In this document: piece after piece, positions 36,150 through 46,149 of the stretch | Layout of the letters: each line of letters opens with the position of its first letter | Position numbering within the stretch: the first letter of the stretch is position 1 | Origin: an uncultured Pseudomonadales bacterium | GTDB lineage: Bacteria > Patescibacteriota > Microgenomatia > UBA1400 > UBA1396 | Assembly (NCBI GenBank): GCA_964511175.1 | Contig: CAZEEI010000001.1 | Location: 23,216 to 87,215, forward strand | Direction: 5' to 3' | DNA length: 64,000 nt | Notes under the pieces: model-generated | Seen by the model: the letters and a program-made list of their open reading frames with translations, nothing else | Told to the model about the DNA's origin: nothing | Databases searched by the model: none | Made by a program: the position numbers and the translations under genes

Positions 36150-36937
36150 TGCGCGTTGAGTCACCGACCTACTTTTTACGTTTAGGGATAGTTGTGGCTG
36201 TATCGGTGGCCTTTTTGTTGGGCCAACAGGGCGGCTTGGTCGGACCGCTCCGCGGCCTAATCATGATCAGCTTGCGGCCTGGCTGGGCGGCAGCACAGGC
36301 TTACGCGCAAATCAGACAAACCGTTTACGCCGATTGGCTGTTTTTGACCCAAGGGGGCAGCCGTCTCGCCGCCGCCGAACACGAACTAGCGCGTCAGCAG
36401 GTAGCAGCAGAAGTAGTAGCCGAACTAACTAAAGAAAATGCATTATTGCGTCAAGAGTTGGGTAGAGTAGTGCCTGAGCAGGCCATCTACCGTTTCTATG
36501 GCGGTGGTACCAATTGGTTTATTGACGGTGGTTGTCGTCAGGGAGTGCAACCTGGGGCACCAGTTCTCTACGAAGGGGCACTAGTCGGGCAGATTGATAA
36601 AGTAGAAGCCAACTTTAGTAGTGTCCAAACTATTATGGATCGTAGCTTCCGTTTACCGGTAGAGGTGGGTACAGCTTCAGCTCAGGGCCTATTTATGGTG
36701 TCGCGTGGTGCACCGGAAGTATCGCAATTAGCCGCCGACCAACCTCTATCAACCGGCGACCAAGTGATTAGCTTAGGTTTTGCCCAAGTACCACCCCACT
36801 TAATACTAGGCAAAGTCACCATTATTCAAACTGAAGCTGGTACCGGTATGGCGCGGGCGATTGTGGAACCCACTTTCTCACCGGCAGCTATATCCTGGGT
36901 GCGGGTGCCGCGCGAAAAGGATCAAACGTGTTTTTAA
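36149..36937 (+). CDS. mreC: Rod shape-determining protein MreC
   Basis: N-terminal TM anchor, a coiled-coil (QQVAAEVVAELTKENALLRQEL), then a beta-rich domain. Start ATG overlaps the upstream stop (TAATG). Confidence 0.6.
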   Translation: MRVESPTYFLRLGIVVAVSVAFLLGQQGGLVGPLRGLIMISLRPGWAAAQAYAQIRQTVYADWLFLTQGGSRLAAAEHELARQQVAAEVVAELTKENALLRQELGRVVPEQAIYRFYGGGTNWFIDGGCRQGVQPGAPVLYEGALVGQIDKVEANFSSVQTIMDRSFRLPVEVGTASAQGLFMVSRGAPEVSQLAADQPLSTGDQVISLGFAQVPPHLILGKVTIIQTEAGTGMARAIVEPTFSPAAISWVRVPREKDQTCF

Positions 36938-37383
36938 AAACTTGGCACCAATACTACTCGACTATGCGCCGACCCTTCTTGTTGGTGGTCGGTTTATGGT
37001 TGGTTTTGCCGTCGGCGGTAATTTTTGGTTGGCCCGTTTTGCTCTGGTGGATGGCCCGCCTACTGAGTCGATCGGCCGGTTCTTGGTTGACGGTTTTTCT
37101 GGTAATAGTCCTTGGTTTGCAGACCGATTTGTTAACTCAGCAACCGCTGGGTGTGGACATTTTGCTGTTTGGCGGTACTTTAGCCTGGTTGGAATTGTGG
37201 CAGCCTAGTGCCGTAGATTGGCGCGCGCCACTGGGCGATGTGGTTTGGGGCGGTATTTTTAGCAGTATCTTCTTTCTAATCAACCATACATTGGTTTGGT
37301 CCCGCTGGTGGCCGCAAATGATGATCCTAGTCGGGGTCAATTTAATAACGGGGGGCCTGACACTGTGGTGGCGAAGAAAATAA
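36928..37383 (+). CDS. mreD: Probable rod shape-determining protein MreD (small polytopic membrane protein)
   Basis: Position after mreC and before PBP2. 151 aa with 4-5 hydrophobic helices. Confidence 0.4.
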   Translation: MFLKTWHQYYSTMRRPFLLVVGLWLVLPSAVIFGWPVLLWWMARLLSRSAGSWLTVFLVIVLGLQTDLLTQQPLGVDILLFGGTLAWLELWQPSAVDWRAPLGDVVWGGIFSSIFFLINHTLVWSRWWPQMMILVGVNLITGGLTLWWRRK

Positions 37384-39026
37384 GCCTAGGCTTTGGTTGC
37401 GTTATTAGTGTGTTATGGCTAGTGCTGATAGCGCGCGCCGTTTGGCTACTGAGCCAACATGATCACTACTTACGTTTAGCCGAAAGAAACCGTTTATTGC
37501 GACAAATTATCCGGGCACCGCGGGGTTTAATTAGCGATCGGCAAGGAGTAATTTTAGCCGGTAATGAATTACACTATAGCGAGGTCAAGACAGTGGATGG
37601 CGAACTGCGGGAATATCCCTTAACCAAAGAGGCAGCTCTACCATTACTAGCCACCGCCCCAGCTAGTGTGCGTACTAGTTACCAGCGCACCTATCCCTTA
37701 GGACCAATTACGTCTCAACTAGTTGGTTATGTTGACCAACCAGCCGATTCGGAAGCGGTTATTACTGGGCGTACCGGAATCGAACACCTCAAACAAACTC
37801 AACTGGCCGGACAGGACGGGATAGCAGTTTATGAGCGCAATGCTTTGGGTCAGGCCACCCGCATCTTGCGCCAACAAGCAGCTGTGAAAGGGGAAGACCA
37901 GTCGCTTACTATTGATGCTGAACTGTCACAGGTGGCCTGGGAAGCTCTAGGTAAGCACCGCGGTGCCGTAATTGTGAGTGTTCCCCAAACCGGCGAAATT
38001 CTCACCGCCATTAGCAGTCCCAGTTTTATTCCCGAGATAAATCCCAGTCAGGCAGTAATCGATCAGTGGTCGGCTGATCGTAATATCGGTAAGGTAGCTC
38101 CTAGCCTGGTAGCAGCACTGGATTGGCCGGACAATCCCTTTCTTTACCGGCCACTGGCGGCGCAGTATCCGCCCGGTTCGATTTTCAAAATAGTAACGGC
38201 CTTAGCCGGTTTGGAGTACGACGCCATTACTGCGGATACTCAAGTGCGTGACGAGGGTGTCCTTAAAGTAGGTGACTTTCAGTACACCAACTGGTACTGG
38301 AATCAGTACGGTCGAGTGGAAGGAGACATTGCCGTGGTGCGGGCTCTGGCTCGCAGTAACGATATTTTTTTCTATAAAGTGGCGGAGTGGGTGGGGCCGG
38401 AGCGCTTAGCCCAGTTTGCCCGGCTACTGGCTTTGGGTCAGCGCACTCAGCACGTTCTGAGTGGCGAACGCGCCGGTTTGGTGCCAGATCCAGGCTGGAA
38501 ACAACTGCATTTTGGTGAATCCTGGTATTTAGGCAACACCTATCACATGGGTATTGGCCAGGGCGATGTGCTAACCACGCCCTTGCAGTTATCGGTACTC
38601 CTCAGTACGGTAGCCGCCCGCGGGCGGCGCTGCGAACCGCGTTTTCTATTGAATCAGCTCAGCTCCTGTGCCGAAGTTTCTTTGGATAGTGACTCACTAG
38701 CGCTGGTGGTACAGGGTTTGCGCCAAGTTTGCAGTGCTGGCGGCACGGCTTTTCCTTTTTTTACTACACCTTATGACGTTATGGGTAAAACCGGAACAGC
38801 GGAGTTTGGCGCTCCAGATGAAGAAGGCCAGCGTCCCACCCATGGTTGGTTTACGGTAGCGGCCAGCCATCGCGATCGTCAGCCGCCGGACACACCTGAT
38901 TTCACTGCCGAAATAGTAGTGACGGTGTTAATTGAATCGGACGAAATTAAAATTTTTCAGGAAGGATCCGGCGATGCCGCACCGGTAGCCAAAACAATTC
39001 TCGACTGGTGGTACCAAAATCGGTAA
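37296..39026 (+). CDS. mrdA: Penicillin-binding protein 2 / peptidoglycan D,D-transpeptidase (start uncertain)
   Basis: SxxK (GSIFKIVTA), SxN (RSNDIFFY) and KTG (GKTGTAEF) motifs. N-terminal TM and a dimerisation-domain-like region. Confidence 0.8.
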   Translation: MVPLVAANDDPSRGQFNNGGPDTVVAKKISLGFGCVISVLWLVLIARAVWLLSQHDHYLRLAERNRLLRQIIRAPRGLISDRQGVILAGNELHYSEVKTVDGELREYPLTKEAALPLLATAPASVRTSYQRTYPLGPITSQLVGYVDQPADSEAVITGRTGIEHLKQTQLAGQDGIAVYERNALGQATRILRQQAAVKGEDQSLTIDAELSQVAWEALGKHRGAVIVSVPQTGEILTAISSPSFIPEINPSQAVIDQWSADRNIGKVAPSLVAALDWPDNPFLYRPLAAQYPPGSIFKIVTALAGLEYDAITADTQVRDEGVLKVGDFQYTNWYWNQYGRVEGDIAVVRALARSNDIFFYKVAEWVGPERLAQFARLLALGQRTQHVLSGERAGLVPDPGWKQLHFGESWYLGNTYHMGIGQGDVLTTPLQLSVLLSTVAARGRRCEPRFLLNQLSSCAEVSLDSDSLALVVQGLRQVCSAGGTAFPFFTTPYDVMGKTGTAEFGAPDEEGQRPTHGWFTVAASHRDRQPPDTPDFTAEIVVTVLIESDEIKIFQEGSGDAAPVAKTILDWWYQNR

Positions 39027-39063
39027 GAATTGAGTCAGATTTGCAGCTTACAGTTAAGTAAGT

Positions 39064-40242
39064 ATGGCAAAAATTACCCAACGCGATCTGGCGATTATTT
39101 TGCGCTCAGCTTATCCGGCTTCTTTTTGGACAGTACGCACATTGGTTGCCTTGGCTGAGCGGCATGGTGCCGAACAAGTTGATCGCTGGTGGCAAAACGG
39201 TCAGGTTGAAGTTTTTCGCCAGGGCTGCGTTGATTTATTGACCAAAAATGCGCTTACCGAAACTTTAGCACAGCGTGAACTCACCCGTTTAAACCATTTT
39301 TTTCAACAACAACGTTGGCAATCTTTGGCAACACTGCAGAAATATTGGCACCGGCAAAACCAACTTTTGGCTCGCCGCGGCATTATTATCACTACCTTTT
39401 TTGATCCAAATTGGCCGATTCGCTTAAACGAATTGGTGGAGCCGCCTAGCGTTTTATGGAGCACGCGCCCCTTAGCTCCATTACTGGATCGTCCTTGTTT
39501 GGCGGTAGTGGGGACGCGTTCGCTGACTTATTATGGCCGCCGTGCGGCGACTTATTTTGGCAGGGTTTTAGGCGGCGACTACGGTATAACGATTGTATCT
39601 GGTTGTGCGCGGGGAGCTGATTGGACAACCCAAGCGGCGGCCTTGCGCGCCGGCGGGCAGAGCATTGGTTTATTAGGTTGTGGCATCACTTACCCGCCGG
39701 CGCGCTGTCAGGAAGTACCCGCTGATTCCCGGTTGGCGCTAGTTTCCGAGTTTGCTCCTTTTTCCCATAGTGCCAAATGGTATTTTCCCTTCCGCAACCG
39801 CTTAATTGCCGGCTTAGCCCAAAGTGTGCTAGTGATTGAAGCCGGGGAACATAGCGGCAGTTTTATCACTATCCAAGCCGCGCGCGAGCAAAACAAAACG
39901 GTAATGATCCTCAGTCAGCCTTTTTTTAATGACAACACTCATGCTCTCCAGGCTTTGGCTGGTGAGGGTAGCGCCCGTGTAGTGGTGCGTCCGGAGAATG
40001 TTTTGGAAGAGTTGGGTATCAAAGGTAAATCTGGTCAGCCGCTACCAACTCTCCCAAAAGTTTTGGTTTTGGCTCAAAATGAAGCCGAACAACAAGCACT
40101 TACCGCACTCTACCAACGCGGCGGTCAAGCTTTTGCTAGTGATTTATCCGCCTGGAAACAGGCCTGTCTTAGCCTGGAAGCACGCGGCTTAATTAGCGAA
40201 CAACTAGGTGTCTATCAGCTTTCAGGTATGATACAGTCTTAA
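39064..40242 (+). CDS. dprA: DNA processing protein DprA (Smf) with N-terminal extension
   Basis: LAVVGTRSLTYYGRRAATYFGRVLGGDYGITIVSGCARGADWTTQAAALRAGGQSIGLLGCGI is a DprA Rossmann-like signature. Confidence 0.8.
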   Translation: MAKITQRDLAIILRSAYPASFWTVRTLVALAERHGAEQVDRWWQNGQVEVFRQGCVDLLTKNALTETLAQRELTRLNHFFQQQRWQSLATLQKYWHRQNQLLARRGIIITTFFDPNWPIRLNELVEPPSVLWSTRPLAPLLDRPCLAVVGTRSLTYYGRRAATYFGRVLGGDYGITIVSGCARGADWTTQAAALRAGGQSIGLLGCGITYPPARCQEVPADSRLALVSEFAPFSHSAKWYFPFRNRLIAGLAQSVLVIEAGEHSGSFITIQAAREQNKTVMILSQPFFNDNTHALQALAGEGSARVVVRPENVLEELGIKGKSGQPLPTLPKVLVLAQNEAEQQALTALYQRGGQAFASDLSAWKQACLSLEARGLISEQLGVYQLSGMIQS

Positions 40243-40245
40243 TTT

Positions 40246-42321
40246 ATGAACCTCGTTGTTGTGGAATCACCAACTAAAGCGAAAAAACTTTCCCAATATT
40301 TGGGCAGTGATTTTGTGGTTGAAGCCTCGCGCGGCCACGTGCGTGACTTGCCCAAAAGCAAATTAGGAGTCGATGTCGAAGCCAATTTTCAACCCACTTA
40401 CCAACCACTGCATGGTTCGGCGGGAATTATTAAAAAATTAGGTAGCCTGGCCAAAAAGGCTGACCAACTTTATTTGGCCACCGACCCGGACCGGGAAGGG
40501 GAGGCGATTGCCTGGCACTTGTTGGAAGCTTGGGATAACGCCAAACTGAGGCAAAAAGCGCGGCGCGCCGTGTTCCACGAAATTACCAAAGAAGCGGTAC
40601 TTACCGCCATTGCCAAGCCGCAAGACCTCAACCTTGATTTGGTAGACGCGCAACAGGCGCGCCGCGTGCTGGATCGGTTGGTGGGTTACAAACTATCACC
40701 AGTTTTATGGAAGAAGGTTCGCCGCGGTTTATCGGCTGGCCGGGTGCAATCAGTAGCTCTGCGCCTGATTGTGGAACGTGAACTGGAAATCGAGGCTTTC
40801 CAGCCAGAAGAGTATTGGGAAGTCGATTTAGAACTCAGTGCCGGTAAAAATAACTTTTTGGCACGTGTCGTAGAGTTTAATGGCCAACCCTTTGCACCCA
40901 AACAACAGACCGATGTGGAGAAAGTAACCAGCTGGGTTCGGCAGGGAATATATTTAGTCGAAAGCAACGAAAAAAAACAGCGCTCGCGCCGTCCTTTTGC
41001 ACCATTTACCACTTCAACCTTACAACAGGCAGCCGCTAACCGTCTGGGGTACAGTGCCAAACGGACGATGCAATTAGCGCAACAGCTTTATGAAGAGGGT
41101 TGGATTACTTACCACCGTACTGACTCAACCGCTTTGTCTGGGCAGGCTCTCAATTTAGCGCGTACTTACATCGAAAAAGAATATGGCGCGCGGTACCTGC
41201 CGGAAAAACCCAACTTTTTCGCTACTAAGAGCAAAAATGCCCAGGAAGCACACGAAGCGATTCGTCCCACTAGCGCTCAGCCCAAGCTTGGTGAAAATGG
41301 TAAGTTTTCCGGTCCACACGCCAAGCTTTACGACCTTATTTTCCGCCGGTTTATCGCCAGCCAGATGTCGTTGGCACTGTACGATCAGACCACTATCACC
41401 ATCAAAGGCTCGGCGGACAAGCAACACCTGCGTGCTCGCGTCACCGGCTCCATTGTGTTGCACGATGGTTGGACAAAATTATTCCCCGGTGGTGAAGACG
41501 TAATTTTGCCAGACATTAAACCGGAAGATCCGTTGGATTTTCAGCGGGTCGAAGCTGCCCAGAAATTTACCCAACCGCCACCGCGTTTTAATGATGCTTC
41601 ACTAGTCAAAGAGCTGGAGAAGCGGGGGATTGGTCGGCCTAGTACTTATGCTTCGATCATTTCGGTCATTATCGACCGCGGCTACGTGGAACGGGAAAAC
41701 AAGGCTTTTCGACCTACTTTAGTGGGACGGACGGTGATTAAATTCCTTAATCAGAACTTTCCAGAAATTATCGATTACAACTTTACCGCCAACATGGAAG
41801 ACGATTTGGACGAAATTGCTTTAGGTCATAAAAAATGGCAGGCAGTAATAACGGCTTTTTATGATCCTTTTGCTACTAAGTTAGCTAAAGTAGAAAAAGA
41901 AGCGGAGCGTTTGCCGGTACCGTTGGAGCCGCTCAATCAATCCTGTCCCAAGTGCGGTGTCGACGAAGCAACCTGGAAAAAACTAACCGATCAATACCAA
42001 ACGCTGGCCAGCCTGACTCCAGCTCAACGCGATGCTATCAAACCGCGGGAAAGTGAACATGGGGAGTTAGTAATACGAATGGGCCGCTTTGGTAAGTTTA
42101 TTTCCTGTTCCCGTTATCCGGACTGCGAGTACACCGACAAATACCTCGAATCGATCGATATGTCCTGTCCGCAGTGTGGCGAGGGTGAAGTAGTGGTAAA
42201 AAAGACGAAGAAGGGGCGGACCTTTTACGGTTGCTCCCGTTATCCGGATTGCGATTTTGCCAGTTGGAACAAACCTAAACCAGCCAAAGACCAAGAGACC
42301 CAAACCAAGGCAGAAGCATGA
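40246..42321 (+). CDS. topA: DNA topoisomerase I with C-terminal zinc-ribbon repeats
   Basis: MNLVVVESPTKAKKL...ATDPDREGEAIAWHL Toprim domain. C-terminal CPKCG.../CPQCGEG.../GCSRYPDC zinc fingers. Confidence 0.9.
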   Translation: MNLVVVESPTKAKKLSQYLGSDFVVEASRGHVRDLPKSKLGVDVEANFQPTYQPLHGSAGIIKKLGSLAKKADQLYLATDPDREGEAIAWHLLEAWDNAKLRQKARRAVFHEITKEAVLTAIAKPQDLNLDLVDAQQARRVLDRLVGYKLSPVLWKKVRRGLSAGRVQSVALRLIVERELEIEAFQPEEYWEVDLELSAGKNNFLARVVEFNGQPFAPKQQTDVEKVTSWVRQGIYLVESNEKKQRSRRPFAPFTTSTLQQAAANRLGYSAKRTMQLAQQLYEEGWITYHRTDSTALSGQALNLARTYIEKEYGARYLPEKPNFFATKSKNAQEAHEAIRPTSAQPKLGENGKFSGPHAKLYDLIFRRFIASQMSLALYDQTTITIKGSADKQHLRARVTGSIVLHDGWTKLFPGGEDVILPDIKPEDPLDFQRVEAAQKFTQPPPRFNDASLVKELEKRGIGRPSTYASIISVIIDRGYVERENKAFRPTLVGRTVIKFLNQNFPEIIDYNFTANMEDDLDEIALGHKKWQAVITAFYDPFATKLAKVEKEAERLPVPLEPLNQSCPKCGVDEATWKKLTDQYQTLASLTPAQRDAIKPRESEHGELVIRMGRFGKFISCSRYPDCEYTDKYLESIDMSCPQCGEGEVVVKKTKKGRTFYGCSRYPDCDFASWNKPKPAKDQETQTKAEA

Positions 42322-42881
42322 TGTACTCGGACACTGATATTTTACAGGCGATCAAATCCGGTGAATTAGTCATTGAGCCGCTGCAGCGGCGGCATATATC
42401 TGGTGCTACGGTTGACTTAACCCTACATCCGCGGTTCCGTGTTTTTCATACTACCCACTTAACCCACATCGATGTCAAAAAAGAATTTGACGTTACCGAA
42501 CCGGTCGAAGTAGCCGCCGACGGTTCGTTTATTCTGCACCCAGGTGAGTTTGTTTTAGGCAGTGTAGCGGAGAAAATAACGCTTTCCGCTAAACTAGCCG
42601 CCATCATTGAGGGCCGCTCCAGTTTGGGGCGAATTGGCCTCATTGTGCACGCCACCGCCTCTTTGGTAGAGCCTAACTGGAGCGGCCCGCTCACTTTGGA
42701 AATGAGCAACATTAGCAGTTTGCCGATCAAGCTTTACGCTGGCATGCGGATCGCTAAATTAGCGGTGATCGAATTAAAATCGCCAGCTAGTGACCGGTAC
42801 AATGCCCAGGCTAAATACCAAAATCAGGAAGCGCCCACACCTTCCCGGATTTGGCAGGATTTCCAGCCGCAGCAGGATTGA
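42318..42881 (+). CDS. dcd: dCTP deaminase
   Basis: ILQAIKSGELVIEP...TVDLTL...AAIIEGRSSLGRIGL is the Dcd/dUTPase-fold family signature. Confidence 0.8.
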   Translation: MMYSDTDILQAIKSGELVIEPLQRRHISGATVDLTLHPRFRVFHTTHLTHIDVKKEFDVTEPVEVAADGSFILHPGEFVLGSVAEKITLSAKLAAIIEGRSSLGRIGLIVHATASLVEPNWSGPLTLEMSNISSLPIKLYAGMRIAKLAVIELKSPASDRYNAQAKYQNQEAPTPSRIWQDFQPQQD

Positions 42882-42925
42882 GGCTCGGGGCTGGTTGGGT
42901 ATATTAAAAACTGTTTTTTGTCATT

Positions 42926-42977
42926 TTGTACAAAATCGACGGTTAACTTGTACAACAACCTGGCCTAAATTGTACAA
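42926..42977. promoter_or_regulatory. Array of three TTGTACAA palindromes with exact 22-bp centre-to-centre spacing, upstream of dut
   Basis: Sites at 42926-42933, 42948-42955 and 42970-42977. The same motif and spacing recur at 52648-52699. Confidence 0.55.
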
Positions 42978-43013
42978 AAGAGCAGAAACGTGTTTTTGAA
43001 ATATAGGGGGACT

Positions 43014-43448
43014 ATGAATAAAATCAAACTTCGCATCAAATTATTCGACACTAGTTTACCCGTGCCGGCCTACCAAACGCCCGGTTCAGTTGGTTTTGAT
43101 TTGTATGCTCGCGAGGAAACCATTATTCCGCCTGGTGAGATTAGGTTAGTGCCGCTGAACATTGCTATTGAACTGCCGCCCCAGCACTGGGCTTTGCTGG
43201 CGGCGCGCTCCTCGCTCCAGAAAAAAGGGCTAATTTTAGCTAATGGCATTGGGGTGGGGGACAGTGATTACTGCGGCGATAACGACGAGTACCGTGCCGC
43301 CCTCTGGAATCATAGTACGACTGGCGTAATCATTGCCAAGGGCGAGCGCATTGTCCAAATGTTAATTTTGCCTTACACGCGGCCAGAGTTCGGGTTAGTT
43401 ACGCATTTAGGCCACACTGATCGAGGTGGTTTTGGCAGCACTAATTAG
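43014..43448 (+). CDS. dut: dUTP diphosphatase
   Basis: GSVGFDLYA...LLAARSSL...GVGDSDYCGD...RGGFGSTN are dUTPase motifs. Start ATG 43014 after an AGGGGG RBS. Confidence 0.85.
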   Translation: MNKIKLRIKLFDTSLPVPAYQTPGSVGFDLYAREETIIPPGEIRLVPLNIAIELPPQHWALLAARSSLQKKGLILANGIGVGDSDYCGDNDEYRAALWNHSTTGVIIAKGERIVQMLILPYTRPEFGLVTHLGHTDRGGFGSTN

Positions 43449-43593
43449 TAAAGTTTCCCGCAAAAACTGCTGGTAAAAATGCTTTTAACGGATGCATTCG
43501 TGTTCTGTTTGTGACGTGCTAGTTTGATGTGGTTGACGCCCTTTAGGACAACATTTAGCGTAAGGGAGTAGGCAATTCACCTACAGCTAGTGT

Positions 43594-44628
43594 ATGAACA
43601 GTTTAAATCCAGAAAATCGTCGTCGCCAAGTTAGGCTGGCTTTAGCCACCCAAGCACAATGGGAAAGTGATCGTGGCTTTGCCAATCATCATAGTTTGGA
43701 GGAATTAGAAATTGCGGAAGACCTACCCGCTTTGGAGAAACTGCCTATCGAGGGTATTCTAGCCACTATTCTTGATGAATTTTTAGAGCTATATGAAGCG
43801 ATCATTCATCCCGAACCTAAAGAGGCAGAGCTATTAGAGCTAGCCGACGCCGCCGCCTTTGCTTTACGACTTTACGCGGAGTTACTGAAAGTTCGTGACG
43901 AACGGGGAGCCACTTACTCCCAAGCCGAATTTCGACAGATGACTCAATTAGTATCCCAGGCTATGCTGGCAGGAGAAGTGGTAGAGTTTGCCAATATTGA
44001 ACGAAGTATGTCGGAAAAAGACACTATTCTCACCGACCTGCGACAATTGATGACCGTGGTCTTGAAAACCTATTGTCATTTGGTTGGTATTGAGATACCG
44101 GAGGCCGAGTTAGTGGCTATAGTCGAAGACGTTGGTAACATTGCGGGCGCCTTATTACTGGAAGGTGGGGAAATAACAAAATTAGTGAGAGCGAGTTTAC
44201 TTCAATTGATGCTAAGACCGATTGTTCAGGCTAGTCCTGACGGGCATGCCACCGTAGTTAATCCCCAAGCTTCGGAGGAGGTGATGCTTGATGCCTACGC
44301 GGCAATCGAAGAGTTTGCCCGCAAACATTATGGTTACGAAAACTTATGGCTGCTGGTGGGCTCACTTTATTCGCCGCCGGTTGGTAAAAATGTTTTAAAT
44401 TATCCTTATCCTTTGCCTGAAGGTGTGGATTCTTATCGTGAATTTAAGTTAATACGTAATCATTTCCCAGGCAGAGTGATTCCTTTAGATTATGATGTTT
44501 ATCGAGATACTCCTCAGGCCTACATTCGACGCTGGGAATTCAATCATCCTGGCCAAAGCTTTACTACTGATTTTATGATTCAAGCCAGAATACCCAATTT
44601 TGATAGTATTGCTGCCGAATTGCGATAA
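43594..44628 (+). CDS. Hypothetical protein with a possible MazG-like all-alpha NTP-pyrophosphatase N-terminal region
   Basis: ILDEFLELYEAI...EAELLELADAAAFALRLYAEL resembles the MazG E-x2-E...E-x2-D layout. 344 aa, sitting between dut and tmk. Confidence 0.35.
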   Translation: MNSLNPENRRRQVRLALATQAQWESDRGFANHHSLEELEIAEDLPALEKLPIEGILATILDEFLELYEAIIHPEPKEAELLELADAAAFALRLYAELLKVRDERGATYSQAEFRQMTQLVSQAMLAGEVVEFANIERSMSEKDTILTDLRQLMTVVLKTYCHLVGIEIPEAELVAIVEDVGNIAGALLLEGGEITKLVRASLLQLMLRPIVQASPDGHATVVNPQASEEVMLDAYAAIEEFARKHYGYENLWLLVGSLYSPPVGKNVLNYPYPLPEGVDSYREFKLIRNHFPGRVIPLDYDVYRDTPQAYIRRWEFNHPGQSFTTDFMIQARIPNFDSIAAELR

Positions 44629-44653
44629 GCTATTAGCAGCAGGAAGGTAACTT

Positions 44654-45301
44654 ATGAATCAACATCCAGATCACCAAGGTTGGCTAATTTCCTTTGAGGG
44701 CGGCGAGGGTGCCGGTAAATCGGTGCAGATTAAGTTACTGCGGGATCACTTGCATTCTTGCGGCCAAGACGTGGTGGTTTTGCGCGAGCCAGGTGGTACG
44801 ACCATTTCTGAACAGATCCGTGAGGTAGTGCTTTCGGCCAAAAACGTGGGTATTGCTTACACTACGGAGGTGTTATTGTTCCAAGCAGCCCGCGCCCAAC
44901 TGTACCGCGAAATTGTTTTACCGAGTCTACAGGTAGGCAAAATTGTGTTAATGGACCGAACGCGCGACTCTTCCGTGGTGTACCAGGGTATGGTGCGCGG
45001 TTTTGGGGTAGATTTAATCGAACAGCTCAACAACATTTCTACCGAAAGCACCTATCCCGATATTACCTTTCTGCTCAATGTTACGCCGGAAGTCGGCCTG
45101 GAACGACGCCACGGTACCGATAAAATGGATCGTTTAGACATGGAGTCACGTGATTTCCACGAGAGCGTGCGCCAAGCTTATTTACAAGTAGCCGAACAAG
45201 ATACGCGTGGCCGGTGGGTAGTGGTTGACGCCGATCGCTCCATTGAGTCTATGGAAGCAGACATTTGGAAAGAAGTGCACCGCCGGGGAGTGTGCGCTTG
45301 A
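44654..45301 (+). CDS. tmk: Thymidylate kinase
   Basis: LISFEGGEGAGKSVQ P-loop, REPGGT and LMDRTRDSSVVYQG. Confidence 0.85.
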   Translation: MNQHPDHQGWLISFEGGEGAGKSVQIKLLRDHLHSCGQDVVVLREPGGTTISEQIREVVLSAKNVGIAYTTEVLLFQAARAQLYREIVLPSLQVGKIVLMDRTRDSSVVYQGMVRGFGVDLIEQLNNISTESTYPDITFLLNVTPEVGLERRHGTDKMDRLDMESRDFHESVRQAYLQVAEQDTRGRWVVVDADRSIESMEADIWKEVHRRGVCA

Positions 45302-46149
45302 GGCGCATCGGGGCGCATTTAACATCAGCCGGCGGGCCAGAACGCGCGGTGGATCGTGCCTTAGCCATTGGTGCTGATTGTTTGCAGATTTTTTCTGGGT
45401 CGCCGCGGGCGTGGGCCCGCCGGCCGCTGCACGAGGATGGGTTAAGATCTTTCCAAAAATACAGTTTAGAACATGATATTCGGCCAATCTTCGTACACGC
45501 TTTATATTTAGTGAACCTAGCAAGCGACCAAACAGAACTTGTGCAAAAGTCGGTAAAAGTATTGATTCATGATTTAAAGTTTGGGGCAGGTTTTAATTCG
45601 GCCGGGGTAGTAGTCCATCTAGGTTCCCATCAGGGGAGGGGTTGGCTGGCTGTCAGAGAGAATGTTGCTTTGCTAATTAAAAAAATCATCGACGAAGCCG
45701 CAGCTGATACGCCATTTTTAATCGAAAACTCAGCCGGCCAAAACGGTAAACTCTGTTCCGATCTAAGCGAAGTTCGTTGGTTGCTAGATACGGTGGCGCG
45801 GCCCAGCCTAGGCTGGTGCTACGACACCTGCCACGGCTGGGCCGCGGGTTACTACGCCTCCCAACCACAGTTAGGCGGCAAAAACTTATTAACAGAAGTG
45901 GATCGGTTAGAACTTTGGCCAACTTTGCGTTGTCTTCACGTCAATGATTCGCGTGATCCCTTCGGCGATGGGCGCGACCGGCACGATAATATCGGCAAAG
46001 GACAGATCGACTTGACGGAGTTTAAGATGCTGTTAAATCATGCCCAAGCACAAGAGATACCGATTATTACGGAAGCGCCAGGCTTGGATGGCAATGGACC
46101 TGATAGCTATAATCTAGAAGAAATTAAAAAACTAGTTAGCGTCGTTTAG
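45265..46149 (+). CDS. nfo: Endonuclease IV (AP endonuclease family 2); the true start is probably the GTG/TTG near 45292-45298
   Basis: RIGAHLTSAGG..., HALYLVNLAS, VVHLGSH, LIENSAGQ and DTCHGWAAGY are the xylose-isomerase-like TIM-barrel Nfo motifs. Confidence 0.8.
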   Translation: MERSAPPGSVRLRRIGAHLTSAGGPERAVDRALAIGADCLQIFSGSPRAWARRPLHEDGLRSFQKYSLEHDIRPIFVHALYLVNLASDQTELVQKSVKVLIHDLKFGAGFNSAGVVVHLGSHQGRGWLAVRENVALLIKKIIDEAAADTPFLIENSAGQNGKLCSDLSEVRWLLDTVARPSLGWCYDTCHGWAAGYYASQPQLGGKNLLTEVDRLELWPTLRCLHVNDSRDPFGDGRDRHDNIGKGQIDLTEFKMLLNHAQAQEIPIITEAPGLDGNGPDSYNLEEIKKLVSVV

